A stretch of 63,304 nucleotides of DNA, filler included, from Hausera hauseri (lineage: Eukaryota), in assembly GCA_046269625.1 (NCBI GenBank). It is 12 parts of 12 records of this genome, joined end to end, with 100 filler letters (N's around TTAATTAATTAA, not from the genome) between each part and the next. Parts side by side here need not be neighbours in the genome. Positions count along the whole stretch, not along the records: positions 22,723 to 26,852 come from JBJURY010742986.1; positions 26,953 to 31,296 come from JBJURY010625775.1; positions 31,397 to 35,693 come from JBJURY010649774.1; 9 more parts are not named here. The stretch is one strand, 5' to 3'. Position 1 is the first letter of the stretch. Every line of letters starts with the position of its first letter. Both the position numbers and the translations under genes were made by a program. Under the pieces are notes generated by a model. It made no database searches and had not been told where the DNA came from. It saw only the letters and a list, made by a program, of their open reading frames with translations. This document shows, one piece after another, positions 23,829 to 35,793 of this stretch.

Positions 23829-24544
23829 TGTTGTTAATTGAAGGTGAGCCCTATCCACCACCCAACTATAACAATATTAAATTGTTAGAAGTTAATATAT
23901 ACTAGGCAGATAAGTTCTAGCGTTCTCGTTAGAATGGTTGCACTGATTTTATATTGCGTGAACTGCCTGCGAATTTACTAAAAAACTCGACTTAGCTATA
24001 GATTTTAATACGAAATTTAAATACTTAGTGTGGTACTAGTCCCTCGTAAGGAGCGACGGAAACTATTAAGAATTTAAGTACAAAGTTTTATTGACAATAA
24101 AAAAAGTACCGATAAGGTAATGGCTGTCAATCAACACGATCCAAATCGACTAGTAGGTTTGATTACAATTCCTCTCTTCAGTAAGCAATTTCAGAAATTA
24201 CAAGAGTCTAATCACAACTACAACTGTATACTGTGCCATAGCATTTATATAGTCGCTTTTAGGCAGCATTTGGTGACAGAGATTTTCTTAAATTTTCTCT
24301 AGGTTTTTCTCATTTTTACATTGGTTAGTTCTAATTAACTGCAAGTAATTAGTTATTTTCTCGATATTTTGTGTGCGAATTTTCACAAAATTTCTGTATT
24401 TTCCTAGAACAATTCAATGAATTAATCGATTTCAAATTGAAAATTTTTATTAATCCACTTGCAATTTTCACTTTCAGTTTCGCTTTCGTTTCTATTTATT
24501 TACAAATTTGTACATGGTCGTTCACAATCGTTCTATTTACAACA
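23829..24544 (-). repeat. 3' LTR (716 bp) of an LTR retrotransposon
   Basis: Termini TGTTGT...ACAACA; preceded on the minus strand by PPT AGGAAGGAGAAA (24545-24556); TATATAAA at 24244-24251 and AATAAA at 24087-24092 in the expected order. Confidence 0.8.
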
Positions 24545-24556
24545 TTTCTCCTTCCT
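24545..24556 (-). promoter_or_regulatory. Polypurine tract
   Basis: AGGAAGGAGAAA immediately 5' of TGTTGT on the minus strand. Confidence 0.75.
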
Positions 24557-24614
24557 GCACGGCACTCTCGGATGTGCCCATTGCGTCAGAACAGGTGCCG
24601 CGTAAACGGTTCAT

Positions 24615-25403
24615 TCATCCGCGTAAGTCCGCTTCCGAATCCGATTCATCTCGCGGAGGTCGCGGGTCAAAGTGGTATGATGTAGTGGGTCTTTGGGGAA
24701 ATATTTCTACTATCTTTTTACTCTTTCCATTAGAGAAATATCTTAGTCTGGTAGCTTCCGCTGTACATACTGGACAAGTCGTTTTCCCGTTTTTCAGGGT
24801 CCACGTTTCTAAACAGTACCGACAGTACTTGTGGGTACAATCCATATTATCCAATACTAAAAATCCTTGGTATAGATTTGCATCGCAAACGGGGTATTCC
24901 TCTTTTTCACCTCCATCTATATCTACTAGTTTTTCATCAATTTCAATTCGTTCGAACACGAGTCCTTTTTTGTCTTGGTATAAATATCCATATAGTCGTT
25001 TTTGTTTAGCATCTATAGAGCTTTTCTTGGGGTCGTCTGACACGGTAAACAAGGTCCATTCAACGATTTCTTGTTCATTCAAGTCGGGTATTCCGGTTCT
25101 CTTGTATTGCCTCTTAAGTTTTACTCGAACTTGGGTATCCACTGGGATAATTAGCCGATTGGTTCCGTTTTTCGACTGAAATATCGGGGCTAGGTATTTA
25201 CCAATGGTTATGACTTTTCGGACGTATCCGTTTCCGCTTACAATTTTTCTAGGAACAGTAGAGACATAGAATATGGCTTCTTGGATCTTACTCTTGCTAT
25301 AATATTCAGCCATGACGAGTATGCGGGTATATTCTTTAACCTGGCCGAATTTGGTTACTATAATTGGGGTTGGTTCTTCCCATTTTATTCGAAGTACATT
25401 CAT
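24615..25403 (-). CDS. Accessory ORF with C-terminal RING finger (first Cys replaced by Tyr)
   Basis: YPVC-x12-CTH-x2-CRYC-x12-CPVC at 24765-24896, a C3HC4 pattern. Confidence 0.7.
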   Translation of the reverse strand: MNVLRIKWEEPTPIIVTKFGQVKEYTRILVMAEYYSKSKIQEAIFYVSTVPRKIVSGNGYVRKVITIGKYLAPIFQSKNGTNRLIIPVDTQVRVKLKRQYKRTGIPDLNEQEIVEWTLFTVSDDPKKSSIDAKQKRLYGYLYQDKKGLVFERIEIDEKLVDIDGGEKEEYPVCDANLYQGFLVLDNMDCTHKYCRYCLETWTLKNGKTTCPVCTAEATRLRYFSNGKSKKIVEIFPQRPTTSYHFDPRPPRDESDSEADLRG

Positions 25404-25675
25404 CTCTGTTTTGGGTAGTCCGCATTTGGGTGTTTTAGTTCTTGGTTCGTTGGATTTTTCGGCTTCCTGTCGTTTTAGTTCTTCCGTGGGTTTTGTTGTT
25501 TCTTTTTCATTAATGGATATACGACTGCGAGTTGACGGTTTAATCCCTTCAACCTGGTTCCTACTGGTCTTACTTTTCTTTTTACTAATATATTCAAAGA
25601 AGGAAGTTTTCGCCTTTTGTCTTCTCGGTAGCTCTCCAGTATTCGGTTTCGGTCCTTCCAGTGTCTTTTGAGGGG

Positions 25676-26611
25676 TTAATCCAATCTCAGTTCGAGTCTG
25701 ACCGATTGATGAATTTTGCTAATTGCTGGACGTTTCAACTGGGTTGTTTTGAACTGTAACCTAGAACCGTTATGTCCTTGGAGCTCAATTTGTCTATATA
25801 TTGGATATTCACTAAATTCCTTTCGGAAGTTTTGAATCAAGGTCTTTGGGTTATTGTCAGACATCATATTCAGTCGGGGTTCTCTTGGTTTCCACTCGTG
25901 TTCCCATCTTAAGGAAATATAAATGTCTCTTATAAGTCGCGTTCGTTGACTTTCTGCCATCAATTTGGGAAATCTGAATTGTTTGCCATTCATGGCTTCT
26001 ATCAACATATTGAACTGCGATTCACGTGATGCTGAAGGAAGCAGACATCCTTTTTTTCTCATTAGGCTGTTCTCCACTTGGCTTATAACAGTTGGATTGC
26101 GACTTAGTTCCCGAATTCCTGCTGTGTATTCCTGTCTAATTCCTAGCCTTTCTAGCACTTCATGTACTCTGAATCCAGTTACAACGAATCCGTATAAGCA
26201 ATGGCTTATGTCTTCCTGGATTTCTAAGAAATCCTTGCCTTTTTCAAGTTGACATTTTGTGATTCCGGTAACGTCGGAAAATGTATCCTTAATTTTGTTT
26301 CGAGGTGCGATTATTTTGTTTGTGAGTTCTTCTCCCTTTACACTTCGAATAGAGACTTTAATTGGTGTGTACCAACCATCATCCTTCTCTCCATAATTTA
26401 CGGCTAAAATTCGAATATTCCGGCCGTCTGGAACTAATCTGAAGGACTCTACACTTTGTTCAATCTCATCTTCCGAGGGCTTCTGCATGCATAATAGGCG
26501 TGGTAACAGTTTCATTATTTCAGTCCGTAGGGTTAGTTCGAACATCAATTTGGTCTGAAGTTTAGCAACTCGAAATTCCAAGGTATGGTCCATAAGACTG
26601 TAACAACACAA
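25676..26611 (-). CDS. Accessory ORF with REX4/ISG20-like DEDDh exonuclease fold, catalytic residues not conserved
   Basis: VSIRSVKGEELTNKIIAPRNKIKDTFSDVTGITKCQLEKGKDFLEIQEDISHCLYGFVVTGF follows the REX4 pattern VSIV...G..L....V.P...I.D..T..SGIT...L..A..F..VQ..V..LL.G.ILVGH. The ExoI DxE position reads NYG. Confidence 0.6.
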   Translation of the reverse strand: MCCYSLMDHTLEFRVAKLQTKLMFELTLRTEIMKLLPRLLCMQKPSEDEIEQSVESFRLVPDGRNIRILAVNYGEKDDGWYTPIKVSIRSVKGEELTNKIIAPRNKIKDTFSDVTGITKCQLEKGKDFLEIQEDISHCLYGFVVTGFRVHEVLERLGIRQEYTAGIRELSRNPTVISQVENSLMRKKGCLLPSASRESQFNMLIEAMNGKQFRFPKLMAESQRTRLIRDIYISLRWEHEWKPREPRLNMMSDNNPKTLIQNFRKEFSEYPIYRQIELQGHNGSRLQFKTTQLKRPAISKIHQSVRLELRLD

Positions 26612-26952
26612 TTCGTATGTAATAAATTTCCACCGTTGACCTTTTTGTGTATGTCAGGATTGTCCTACGATCCTGTATTGGATTTCTCCATCAGCGACAT
26701 GTATGTACATTTGCTGATGTGTTGGTTCATAAGGAATTAGGTCCCTTAAGTGGTACACTCGTACATCCTTGGAATTTCTCATAGCGTACAGTCGGACCAA
26801 TCTATTCTCTTCTAGACCCCATTTCAGCCCGTTTGGTATTTCACTCTCTTTGNNNNNNNNNNNNNNNNNNNNNNNNNNNNNNNNNNNNNNNNNNNNTTAA
26901 TTAATTAANNNNNNNNNNNNNNNNNNNNNNNNNNNNNNNNNNNNNNNNNNNN

Positions 26953-27143
26953 ATTAGAGCCGTCCCTTTCAAATGAAGGGGTAATCTTTCTACTCTTTGC
27001 TTGTCATCCCAGCCAAAACTTTTGGAATATACCTCGTATTCCATCATGAAATCTTGAATATCTTCTTTACCTGAAAACTTCTTCATAGGTAAAGTGAAAT
27101 CAGCCTTGGACTGAATCACTTGTTCTACTTTATTGCTTGCCAT
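26953..27143 (-). CDS. Ty3/Gypsy Gag N-terminus (partial)
   Basis: KFSGKEDIQDFMMEYE.Y....GWDD..R...LPLHLKGTAL, a retrotransposon capsid N-terminal motif. Confidence 0.85.
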
Positions 27144-27272
27144 GGCTTCTTCCTCACTTAAAGTCTCTAGGTACTCTAATCCAAAAGGTACTTCTTCTTC
27201 TGGGTGATAAACTGTTCCTTTCCTAGTAGGAATATTGAGGCTTTTCTAATCTAAAGGTCCTAAAAATGAGTT

Positions 27273-27291
27273 ATCCCGGGTCACGGCACCA
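27273..27291 (-). promoter_or_regulatory. Primer-binding site, tRNA-His type
   Basis: TGGTGCCGTGACCCGGGAT lies 3 nt after an LTR-like ...AACA end and is complementary to the tRNA-His 3' end. Confidence 0.85.
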
Positions 27292-27294
27292 GTT

Positions 27295-27852
27295 TGTTCA
27301 ATCCTCACCAATTTACTTCGTAAATGACACTAATTTATTATTTAATTAGTGAAGAGAACAATTAACTTTTATTTCAAATCGTTTGGTGGAAGTAGTCGTA
27401 CGTAATCCTACCTAATCGTCAGTCGGTAATGTGTATAACAAAAGTTCGATGTTAATTGCGTTATTTACTAAGGTTTACTATCCTATTGTTTTACTTGGGT
27501 ATTAAACGGGCGGCCGTCAGGTAGAGTTAGACCTGGACGACCAATGGCCAAATTATTTAAAGATTATTTGGTTAGTTTCTTTACTTAATATAGAACAAAC
27601 AATATCTAAAAATTTTATAATTGATACTGAAATGCAATAAAGAAAACGAAAACTTTAACATGCATACAAAAATCCAAAAATTAACTTACAAGATGACATA
27701 GTAGACCAGAAATAATCGAAGACAATGTCAATGTCTCTAGTGATAAAATGTACAGCTTATATACTTGACACATGTACAAACATAAATGTCTATAATAGGA
27801 CATTACGTCCAAATTAGGGTAGAATCACTAAAATATATCCATAATACACACA
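27295..27852 (-). repeat. 5' LTR of the Gypsy element above (outer boundary approximate)
   Basis: Ends CA next to the PBS; TATATAA near 27760; TGTG candidate start near 27850. Confidence 0.55.
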
Positions 27853-27858
27853 ATTAAT

Positions 27859-27921
27859 TTCTCTGTCCTTTATTATAGTCACAAGAAATTCTCTGTCCTT
27901 TATTATAGTCACAAGAAATTC
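27859..27921. repeat. Two-copy tandem duplication (~30 bp)
   Basis: TTCTCTGTCCTTTATTATAGTCACAAGAAA repeated twice. Confidence 0.85.
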
Positions 27922-28776
27922 CATTTCATTTATTACAGCCAGAAAAGATAATTAAAAAAAATAGTCAAATGTCAGATTTCTGGATTTGTCAGATTTCTAG
28001 ATCTAGATCTGTACATTACTATTGTTGTTCTTTCAGTTATCCGTTGATTAATTGGTTTGTTATAACTTTCAATATTGCCAATCATTATGAATGGAACTTG
28101 AATCATGTATTTATATTTATTGAATTTCAATTTTGTTCATACATATCCGTTTATAATTTTCATTTACTTGTAGTTTGATATTGTAGGTTAAACATCTTTT
28201 ACAAAATACTTAATTTTTACCAGGTCTAGTCTCAAATGGTAGTTCTGATTTCATCCATGAATTAGTCTTTTATGACCCTCCGTCTAAATAATAGTAGCAA
28301 ATGAATATTTTAGAGGGAATTATTGGCGAATGCCGTTTTAACTCAAAATGGCGAAGTCTTCAATCAAAATCATTTGTTTTGAAACATGTGATAACTTGTA
28401 GTTGATTGATAATCAATACAGATTATAACAATTTTCTGATTTCAGCGGGAGTAATATATAATGATTGCTTTTAAAAGTTGATGGTTATTAAAATTGTCTT
28501 CCACATATTTTTCAATACGCATTATTTTCGGGTGCTTGATTTGACGCCATTCTTAATAAAAATAAAATGATTCAGTTTTATTTTTATTTTTTTAATCATT
28601 AGTTTTTTGAATTTTCAGTAGATTTCCAAGATATCTTTCACATTATTGAATATTCATTTATCTATTTAATTTATTTTAATGTATTTCTGATTTTAAATGT
28701 CTTTCTCATCCTGATGGTTTTTTTAATTTTCTTCCATATATTTCGCAACACATTTGTTTTCGAACACATTTTAGCA

Positions 28777-28913
28777 TCAGTAGATGTAAAAACCAGTTTT
28801 TGATCGACTGGAAATAAAAATTCGAGTGAACGAAGCGAGCGAAGATTTTTATGTTCCGCGCAGGGTGGTGGGTTCGGATCCAGCTGGTCAAAACTGGTTT
28901 TTACATCTACTGA
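28777..28913. mobile_element. Small MITE-like element with ~24-bp terminal inverted repeats
   Basis: TCAGTAGATGTAAAAACCAGTTTT ... AAAACTGGTTTTTACATCTACTGA. No TSD seen. Confidence 0.65.
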
Positions 28914-28999
28914 AAATGGACAGTTAAAATCGATAAGAAAATAACTGCACTGTTGAAAGACGAACATAAGATAGGATTAATATTTTATGTCTGTGGAAA

Positions 29000-29650
29000 T
29001 TAGGGAATTTACTATATTGGTTTGTTTGCTTGTATTAAAGAAGAACTCTATTTACTTACATTAGTTCTTCCGTTTGATGAAAGCCACTTGGATTGTGAAG
29101 TTCACATCGTGTTTTTTTGTGCGATTTTGAATTTATTCGAAAAAGAAATTCGAAGACGTAGTTCTATTGTTGGGGATATTTGTCCTTTAAACAAATTTGT
29201 CACTAATAGAATTCCACTTCCCTTAATTGGATGTGCAAGTCATATATTCAATTTGGCAGTTGACGACTACATCAATACATACAATAATTGTGAATAAGAG
29301 GAGTATTATGAGAATATTATGATAAGTCTACGACCTGCAAAAATCAGAGGAGAATTGCGAAATCCGACAATACATGTAATCCACATAATTTACTATGACA
29401 CTCGATGGCAAGGAAAATATAACGTGTCTCTGTAACAAGAAATAATAGAAGCTTTGGGTGGCGACGAATTTAGAGTCCATCGAAATTTGGTACTTTCAGA
29501 CAGCGAGGAAGCATAATTAAATGATTTGTTTCGAACTATGAAAGACTTCAATATTGTCAATTTGGAGCTTCAAAGAAGAGAGCAGAGAATGGTTCGACTT
29601 TATATTATTGAAAAATATCCCGTCACCCAAAGCCGGCTTTCTTCTCCAGC
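29000..29650 (+). mobile_element. hAT-like transposase remnant
   Basis: IVGD.C..NK....IPLPLIGCASHIFNLAVDDY (CxxH motif) followed by a TRW motif near 29400. Heavily decayed. Confidence 0.6.
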
Positions 29651-30559
29651 CAGTCCTTTCTAACTATATTTCTGGTTTAACTCACACCGAGAAGTTATTT
29701 GAAAAAATTTGATATTATCAATCCTGCAGTCCGAAGTACTTCTCATTCTAGAATCGATGGAATTACAGAGGATTAAAAAGAAGGCTAGATGAAGAATCTA
29801 CAAAGCGTTTGAAAGAATTGCCTGGGTGTCATTATGAAGGGTTTGAATGGATTTCAACTACTTCTAATGATTCGAAAGACTTTTCTCAAAATACAAGTTA
29901 ACTCTGGGGTTTCTGGAAATTTATATGCGCAAAATAATATTGGACTAAAAAACAGCAAATTGAACAAACATTGGTGGCTAATAGATTTAGTTACATACAC
30001 TATTGGGCAAATGCACAACAATGGTTCCAAAAGCAACTAAAAGAATGCGCTACATGGTGGAATAGTCCGGGATTTTTGAAAGAGTACAAAGGTACTCTCG
30101 CCAAAATGTCGAACTAATTTGGAGGGGAAAAATGATAAAGGGAATTTCGAGTTACCTTACAGACAACGATTTTTCAAATTCAAAGTAATTATAATGAATA
30201 ACAAAATCAAAATGCCATGATAAAACAATAACTATCAGTAAGAAAATGGAAGATAAGTAGGTAGAAGTGAGCGCACTGCGTCAAACCCTCCCCCAGGGAA
30301 GGAAAGAAACGAAATAGTTCGGTGATGAGTCATGGGCTAGAAAAACGATACGCACATACACGTTTAGTAAGGTGGAGATAGGAGACACAAGCAGTTTATT
30401 GATACACACAATCACGCGTACTGTATGGATTAGGACTGGTTTAAAAATGTGAATTTTGCGCCAAAAAATTTTTTGTTTAAATTTGTTTAAATACTGTATT
30501 TCTCAAAATAAACGCAAAGTAAATAAGTCAGTATGTAGTAGTAGTAGTGTGCAAAACAT

Positions 30560-30920
30560 GATAATGATGACCAATGTTCATCGAAGTGTCTGTAATGTAA
30601 TCTACAATAAGCTATAATGTCCGCACAATACGGTCAGTGGATGTTGGTAATAAAGTCTGTTATATTCAAAACGATATGACGATTGTCTTTCAATTTGAGA
30701 AACTAACGATTACGGATAGAAAAATCCGAGCGGATCGAATACCTTGACAGCGAAGTTCGTACGACGTACGTACACAGCAATCCTATGTTTGCCAGGTAAC
30801 TATGACGTGTGTATTGACAATGAAGTTGATACCACCGTCAGTTCGTCGTAAGTCGCGCGGTACACGGTCCAGCGGAAACATGCCACGAAATTTCTCGTCC
30901 ATGAGCAATTTTCCGTAGCG
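30560..30920 (-). pseudogene. Adenain-like cysteine protease remnant (Polinton/adintovirus)
   Basis: Across frameshifts: FRGMFPLDRVP, FIVNT, PGKHRIAVY, FDPLG, YQHPLTVLCGHY. Confidence 0.65.
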
Positions 30921-31034
30921 ACTGAACTCGGTGGAGCTACATGTAAAACGTGGGATTAAAGCATAACACTATTAATAATCAATTACTTCATATTACTGAG
31001 TAGTAGTAGTATGGCAAGAGTGATGCATTAGATT

Positions 31035-31296
31035 TATTTATACAATGACGACTCCGTTTTTTGTTATTTCCACCTCGGTATCAAATACACCTTAAATATA
31101 CATCACGGTAGACTGTTCTAACGCTTTGGCAAAGTGAATCTCCAGTCGCATGTTTCCTTGTTGAGGTAGTTGGGTCTGTTCAACATCATAGTCCGGAACC
31201 AGGGCAAATGTGAAGAATGGGTAGATGGACTTGGACAAATCCATCAATATGCCATTGTTGACATTTTTGTTCAGCAAACCCATGTTGCGCACGATA
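31035..31296 (-). pseudogene. C-terminus of Polinton/adintovirus major capsid protein
   Basis: FFTFALVPD...QQGNMRLEIHFAKAL....MYI*GVFDTEVEI matches the F.FDLTPD...G.LRLE..F..AL...VYAEF..IEI pattern. It lies directly upstream of the adenain remnant. Confidence 0.7.
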
Positions 31297-31396
31297 NNNN
31301 NNNNNNNNNNNNNNNNNNNNNNNNNNNNNNNNNNNNNNNNTTAATTAATTAANNNNNNNNNNNNNNNNNNNNNNNNNNNNNNNNNNNNNNNNNNNN

Positions 31397-34300
31397 CCCA
31401 CCTAATTTTGGCGTAGTCTAATTGGTCGGAGATCTTGACACAAAACAAAGCATTTTCTGATCTGCTCGTGGCTTCACAAATCCAACCACTTTCAGTTTAA
31501 ATTTTGGTTCTGAACAAAGTGATCTCATCATGTTTTCACTATACCCACCACAGTTCTGTTCAAATTTTGGTTGTGGACAAAGTGATCTGGTCGTGGTTTC
31601 ACTATTCCAACCCCTCTTAATTTTGAGTGTAACCTGATTGGTCGGAGATTTTGACACTGAACAAAGCATTTTTGGAGCAGAGTGGGTTTTACTATTCCTA
31701 CCCACTTTTGTTCTAATTTTGGTTATAAACAAAGTGATATGGTTGTAGTTTCACTATTCCCGCCCATTTTGTTTGAATATTGGTTCTGAACAAAGTGATG
31801 TGATCATAGTTACACTATTCCAATCCCACTTATTTTTCGTGCAATCTGATGGGCCGGAAATTTTAACATTGAACAAAGCATTTTGGAGCAGAATGGATTT
31901 CTCTATTCCCACAAATTTTTGTTTAAATTTTGGTTGTGAACAAAGTGATATGATCGTGGTTTCACTAATCCCACCCCCCCTTTTGTTTAAATTTTGGTTG
32001 CGAACAAAGTGATCTTGTCGTGGATTCACTATTCCCACACGCTTTAGTTCAAATTTTGGTTGTAAACAAAGTAACTTTTTCGTCCATTCACTATTCCCAC
32101 CCCAGTTTCGTTCAAATTTTGGTTGTAAACAAAGTGATCTGATCATGGTTTCACTTTTCCCACTCCACTTAATTTTGGTGTAATCTGATTGGTCGGAGAT
32201 TTTAACACTAAGCAAAGCACTTTTCGGAGACGAGTGGGTTTTACTATTCCCACCCATTTTTCTTTAAATTTTGGTTGTGAACAAAGTGACCTGGTCGTGG
32301 TTTTACTATTTCCAGCCCCCTTTTTCTCAAATTATAGTTGTAAACAAAGTGATCTGCTCGTGCTTTCACTATTTTCACCCTTCTTTCGTTCAAATTTTGG
32401 CTATGGACAAAGGGATCTGGTCGTGCTTTCACTATTCCCACCCCCTTCCTATTCAAATATTGGTGTTGAACAAAGTTATCCTGTCGTGGTTTCACTATTC
32501 CCACTCCACTTAATTTTGGTGTAATCTGATTGGTCGGAGATTTTGACTCTCAACAAAGCACTTTTTGGGGCAGCGTGTGTTTCACTATTCCCAACCATTT
32601 TTGTTTAAATTTTGGTTGTGAACAGAGTGATCTCGCGGTGATTTCAGTATTCCCACTCCCTTTTTTTCAAATTTTATTTGTGAACAGTGATCTGATTATG
32701 GTTTCACTATTCCCATCCCATATAATTTTTATTCTAATCTGATTGGTCGGAGATTTCGACACTGAACAAAACATTTTTTGGAGCAGAGTGTGTTTTGCTA
32801 TTCCAAATTATTTTTCTTTAAATTTTGGTTGCGAAAAAAGTGATCTGATCATGGTTTGACTATTCCCACCCCACTCCATTTTGGTGTAATGTGATGGGTA
32901 AGATTTTCACACTGAACAAATCATTTTTTGGAGCAGAGTGGGTTTTACTATTCCCACACATTTTGCTTTAAATATAGTTTGTGAACACAGTGATCTGATC
33001 ATTGTTTGACTGCTCCCACTCCACTTCATTTTGGTGTAATCTGATTGGCCGGAAATTTTGACACTGAACAAAGCACTTTTCGGAGCAGAGTGGGTTTTAC
33101 GATTCCCGCACATTTCTGTTTAAATTTTGGCTGTAAACAAAGTAATCTGGACGTGGTTTCACTTTTCCCACTCCTTTTTAGTTTAAATTTTTGTTATAAA
33201 CAGAGGGATTTTGTTGTGGTTTCCCAATTCCCTCCGCTTTTCGTTCAAATTTTGGTCGTAAACAAAGTGATCTTGTCGTGATTTCACTATTCCCACGCCA
33301 TTTTGTTTAAATTTTGATTGTGAGCAAAGTGACCTAATTGTGGTTTCACTATTCCCACTGACTTCTATTTTGGTGTAATCTGATTGGTCGGAGATTTTGA
33401 CACTGAAAAAAGAATTTTTTGGAGCAGATTGGGTTTACTATTCCTACCCATTTTTGTATAAATTTTGGTTGTGAGCATAGTGATCTTGTCGTCGTTTCAC
33501 TATTCCCACCCTAGTGTTCTTCAAATTTTGGTTGTAAACAACGTGATCTGGTCGTGGTTTCACTATTTCCAACCCCCTTTTTGTTCAAATTTTGATTGCA
33601 AACAAAGTAAGCTGGTCGAGGTTTCATTATTCCCACCCCGCTTAATTTCCGTGTAATCTAATTGGTCGGAGATTTTGACACTGAACAAAGCATTTTTTGA
33701 AGTAGATTGGGTTTTACTATTCCCACCCACTTTTGTTCAAATTTTGGTTATGAACAAAGTGATCTCTTCGTGGCTTCCCTATTTTCACCCCCCTTTCCTT
33801 CAAATTTTGGTTGTTATCAAAGTGATCTGGTCGTGGTTTCACTATTCCCACCCCAGTGTTCTTCAAATTTGGTTGTGAACAAAGTGATCTTGTCGTGGTT
33901 TCACTATTCCCACCCACTTTTGTTCAAATTTTGGTTGTAAACAAAGTGATATTATCGTGGTTTCACTATTCGCACTCCGTTCTATTTTGGTGCAATCTGA
34001 TTGGTCGGAGATTTTGACACTGAACAAAGCACTTTTTGGAGCAGAGTGGGTTTTTCTATTCCCACCCATTTTTCTTTAAATTTTGGTTGTGTACAAAGTG
34101 ATATGATCGTAATTTCACTATTCCCAGACTATTTCTGTGCAAATTTTGATTGCAAACAAAGTGATCTGGTTGTGGTTCGATTATTCCCACTCCCTTTTAG
34201 TTTAAATTTGGTTGTGAACACAGTGATCTGGTCGTGGTTTCACTATTCCCACCCCACTTAATTTTGGTGTAATCTGATTGGTCGGAGATTTTGAATCTGA

Positions 34301-35587
34301 ACAAAGTACCTTTTGCAGCAGCGTGTGTTTTACTATTTCCACCCATTTTTGTATAAATTTTGGTTGTGAAATGGGGATGTGATCATGATTTCACTATTTT
34401 CACCCCCTTTTTGTTCAAATTTTGGTTGTGCAAAAGGTGATCTGATCATGGTTTGATTATTCCCACCCCACTTCGTTTTGGTGTAATCTGATTTGTCGGA
34501 GATTTTGACACTGAACAAATCATTTTTTGGAGCAGAGTGGGTTTTGCTGTACCCACCCATTTTTCTTTAAGTATTAATTGTGAACACAGTGATCTGATTA
34601 TCGTTTGACTGTTCCGGCCCCACTTAATTTAGGTGTAATCTGATTGGTCGGAGATTTCGACACTGAACAAGGCATTTTTGGAGCAGTTTGGATTTACTAT
34701 TCCTACCAATTTTTGTATAAATTTTGGTCGTGAGCGAAGTAATCTAGTCGTGGTTTCACTATTCCCATCCCACTTAATTTTGGTGTAATCCAATTGTCCG
34801 GAGATTTTGAAAATGAACAAAGCATTTTTGTACCAGAATGGGTTTCTCTATTCCCACAAATTTTTGTTCAAATTTTGGCTGTGAACAAAGTGATCTGCTC
34901 GTGGTTTCATTATTCCTATTACCTTCTTGTTTAAATTTTGGTTGTGAGCAGAGGGATCTCGTCGTGATTTCACTATTCCTATTTCCTTTTTGTTTAAATT
35001 TTGGTTGTGAACAAAGGGATCCGTTCGTGGTTTCACTATTCCCACCCCAGTTTTGTTCAATTTTTGGTTGTAAACAAAGTGAGCTGATCATGGTTTCACT
35101 ATTCCCACCCCATTTTTGATCAAATTTTGGTTGTAAACAAAGTGATTTTGTCGTGGATTCACTATTCCCACCCCAGTTTTGTTCAATATTTGGTTGTAAA
35201 CAAAGTGAGCTGATCATGGTTTCACTATTCCCACCCTACTTTAATTTGGTGTCATTTGGTTGGTCGGAGATTTCAACACTGAACAAAGCACTTTAAGTAG
35301 CATAGTGGGTTTTACTATTCCCACGCATTTCTTTTAAATTTTGGTCGCAACAAAGTGATATGGTCTGGATTTAACTATTCCCACCCTATTTCTGTTTAAA
35401 TTTTGATTGCAAACAAAGTGATCTGTTCGTGGTTTCACTATTCCCACCCCATTTCTGTTTAAATTTTGGTTGTAAACAAAGTGATCTGGTCGTGGATTCA
35501 TTATTCCCGACCCACCTAATTTTGGCGTAGTCTAATTGGTCGGAGATCTTGACACAAAACAAAGCATTTTCTGATCTGCTCGTGGCT
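31397..35587. repeat. Satellite array with two interleaved monomer types (~62 bp and ~85-90 bp)
   Basis: Recurrent TTCACTATTCCCACC...AAATTTTGGTTGTGAACAAAGTGATCT unit interspersed with TTTTGGTGTAATCTGATTGGTCGGAGATTTTGACACTGAACAAAGC unit. Confidence 0.95.
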
Positions 35588-35793
35588 NNNNNNNNNNNNN
35601 NNNNNNNNNNNNNNNNNNNNNNNNNNNNNNNNNNNNNNNNNNNNNNNNNNNNNNNNNNNNNNNNNNNNNNNNNNNNNNNNNNNNNNNTCACTANNNNNNN
35701 NNNNNNNNNNNNNNNNNNNNNNNNNNNNNNNNNNNNNTTAATTAATTAANNNNNNNNNNNNNNNNNNNNNNNNNNNNNNNNNNNNNNNNNNNN

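Noticed and set aside
29850-30120. Bel/Pao fragment (TWWNSPGFLK)
   Set aside because: It is a single short motif with insufficient surrounding support.
31397-35587. CRISPR-like periodicity
   Set aside because: The monomers are degenerate tandem units with no unique spacers, there are no cas genes, and the context is eukaryotic. It is a satellite, and its ORFs are by-products.
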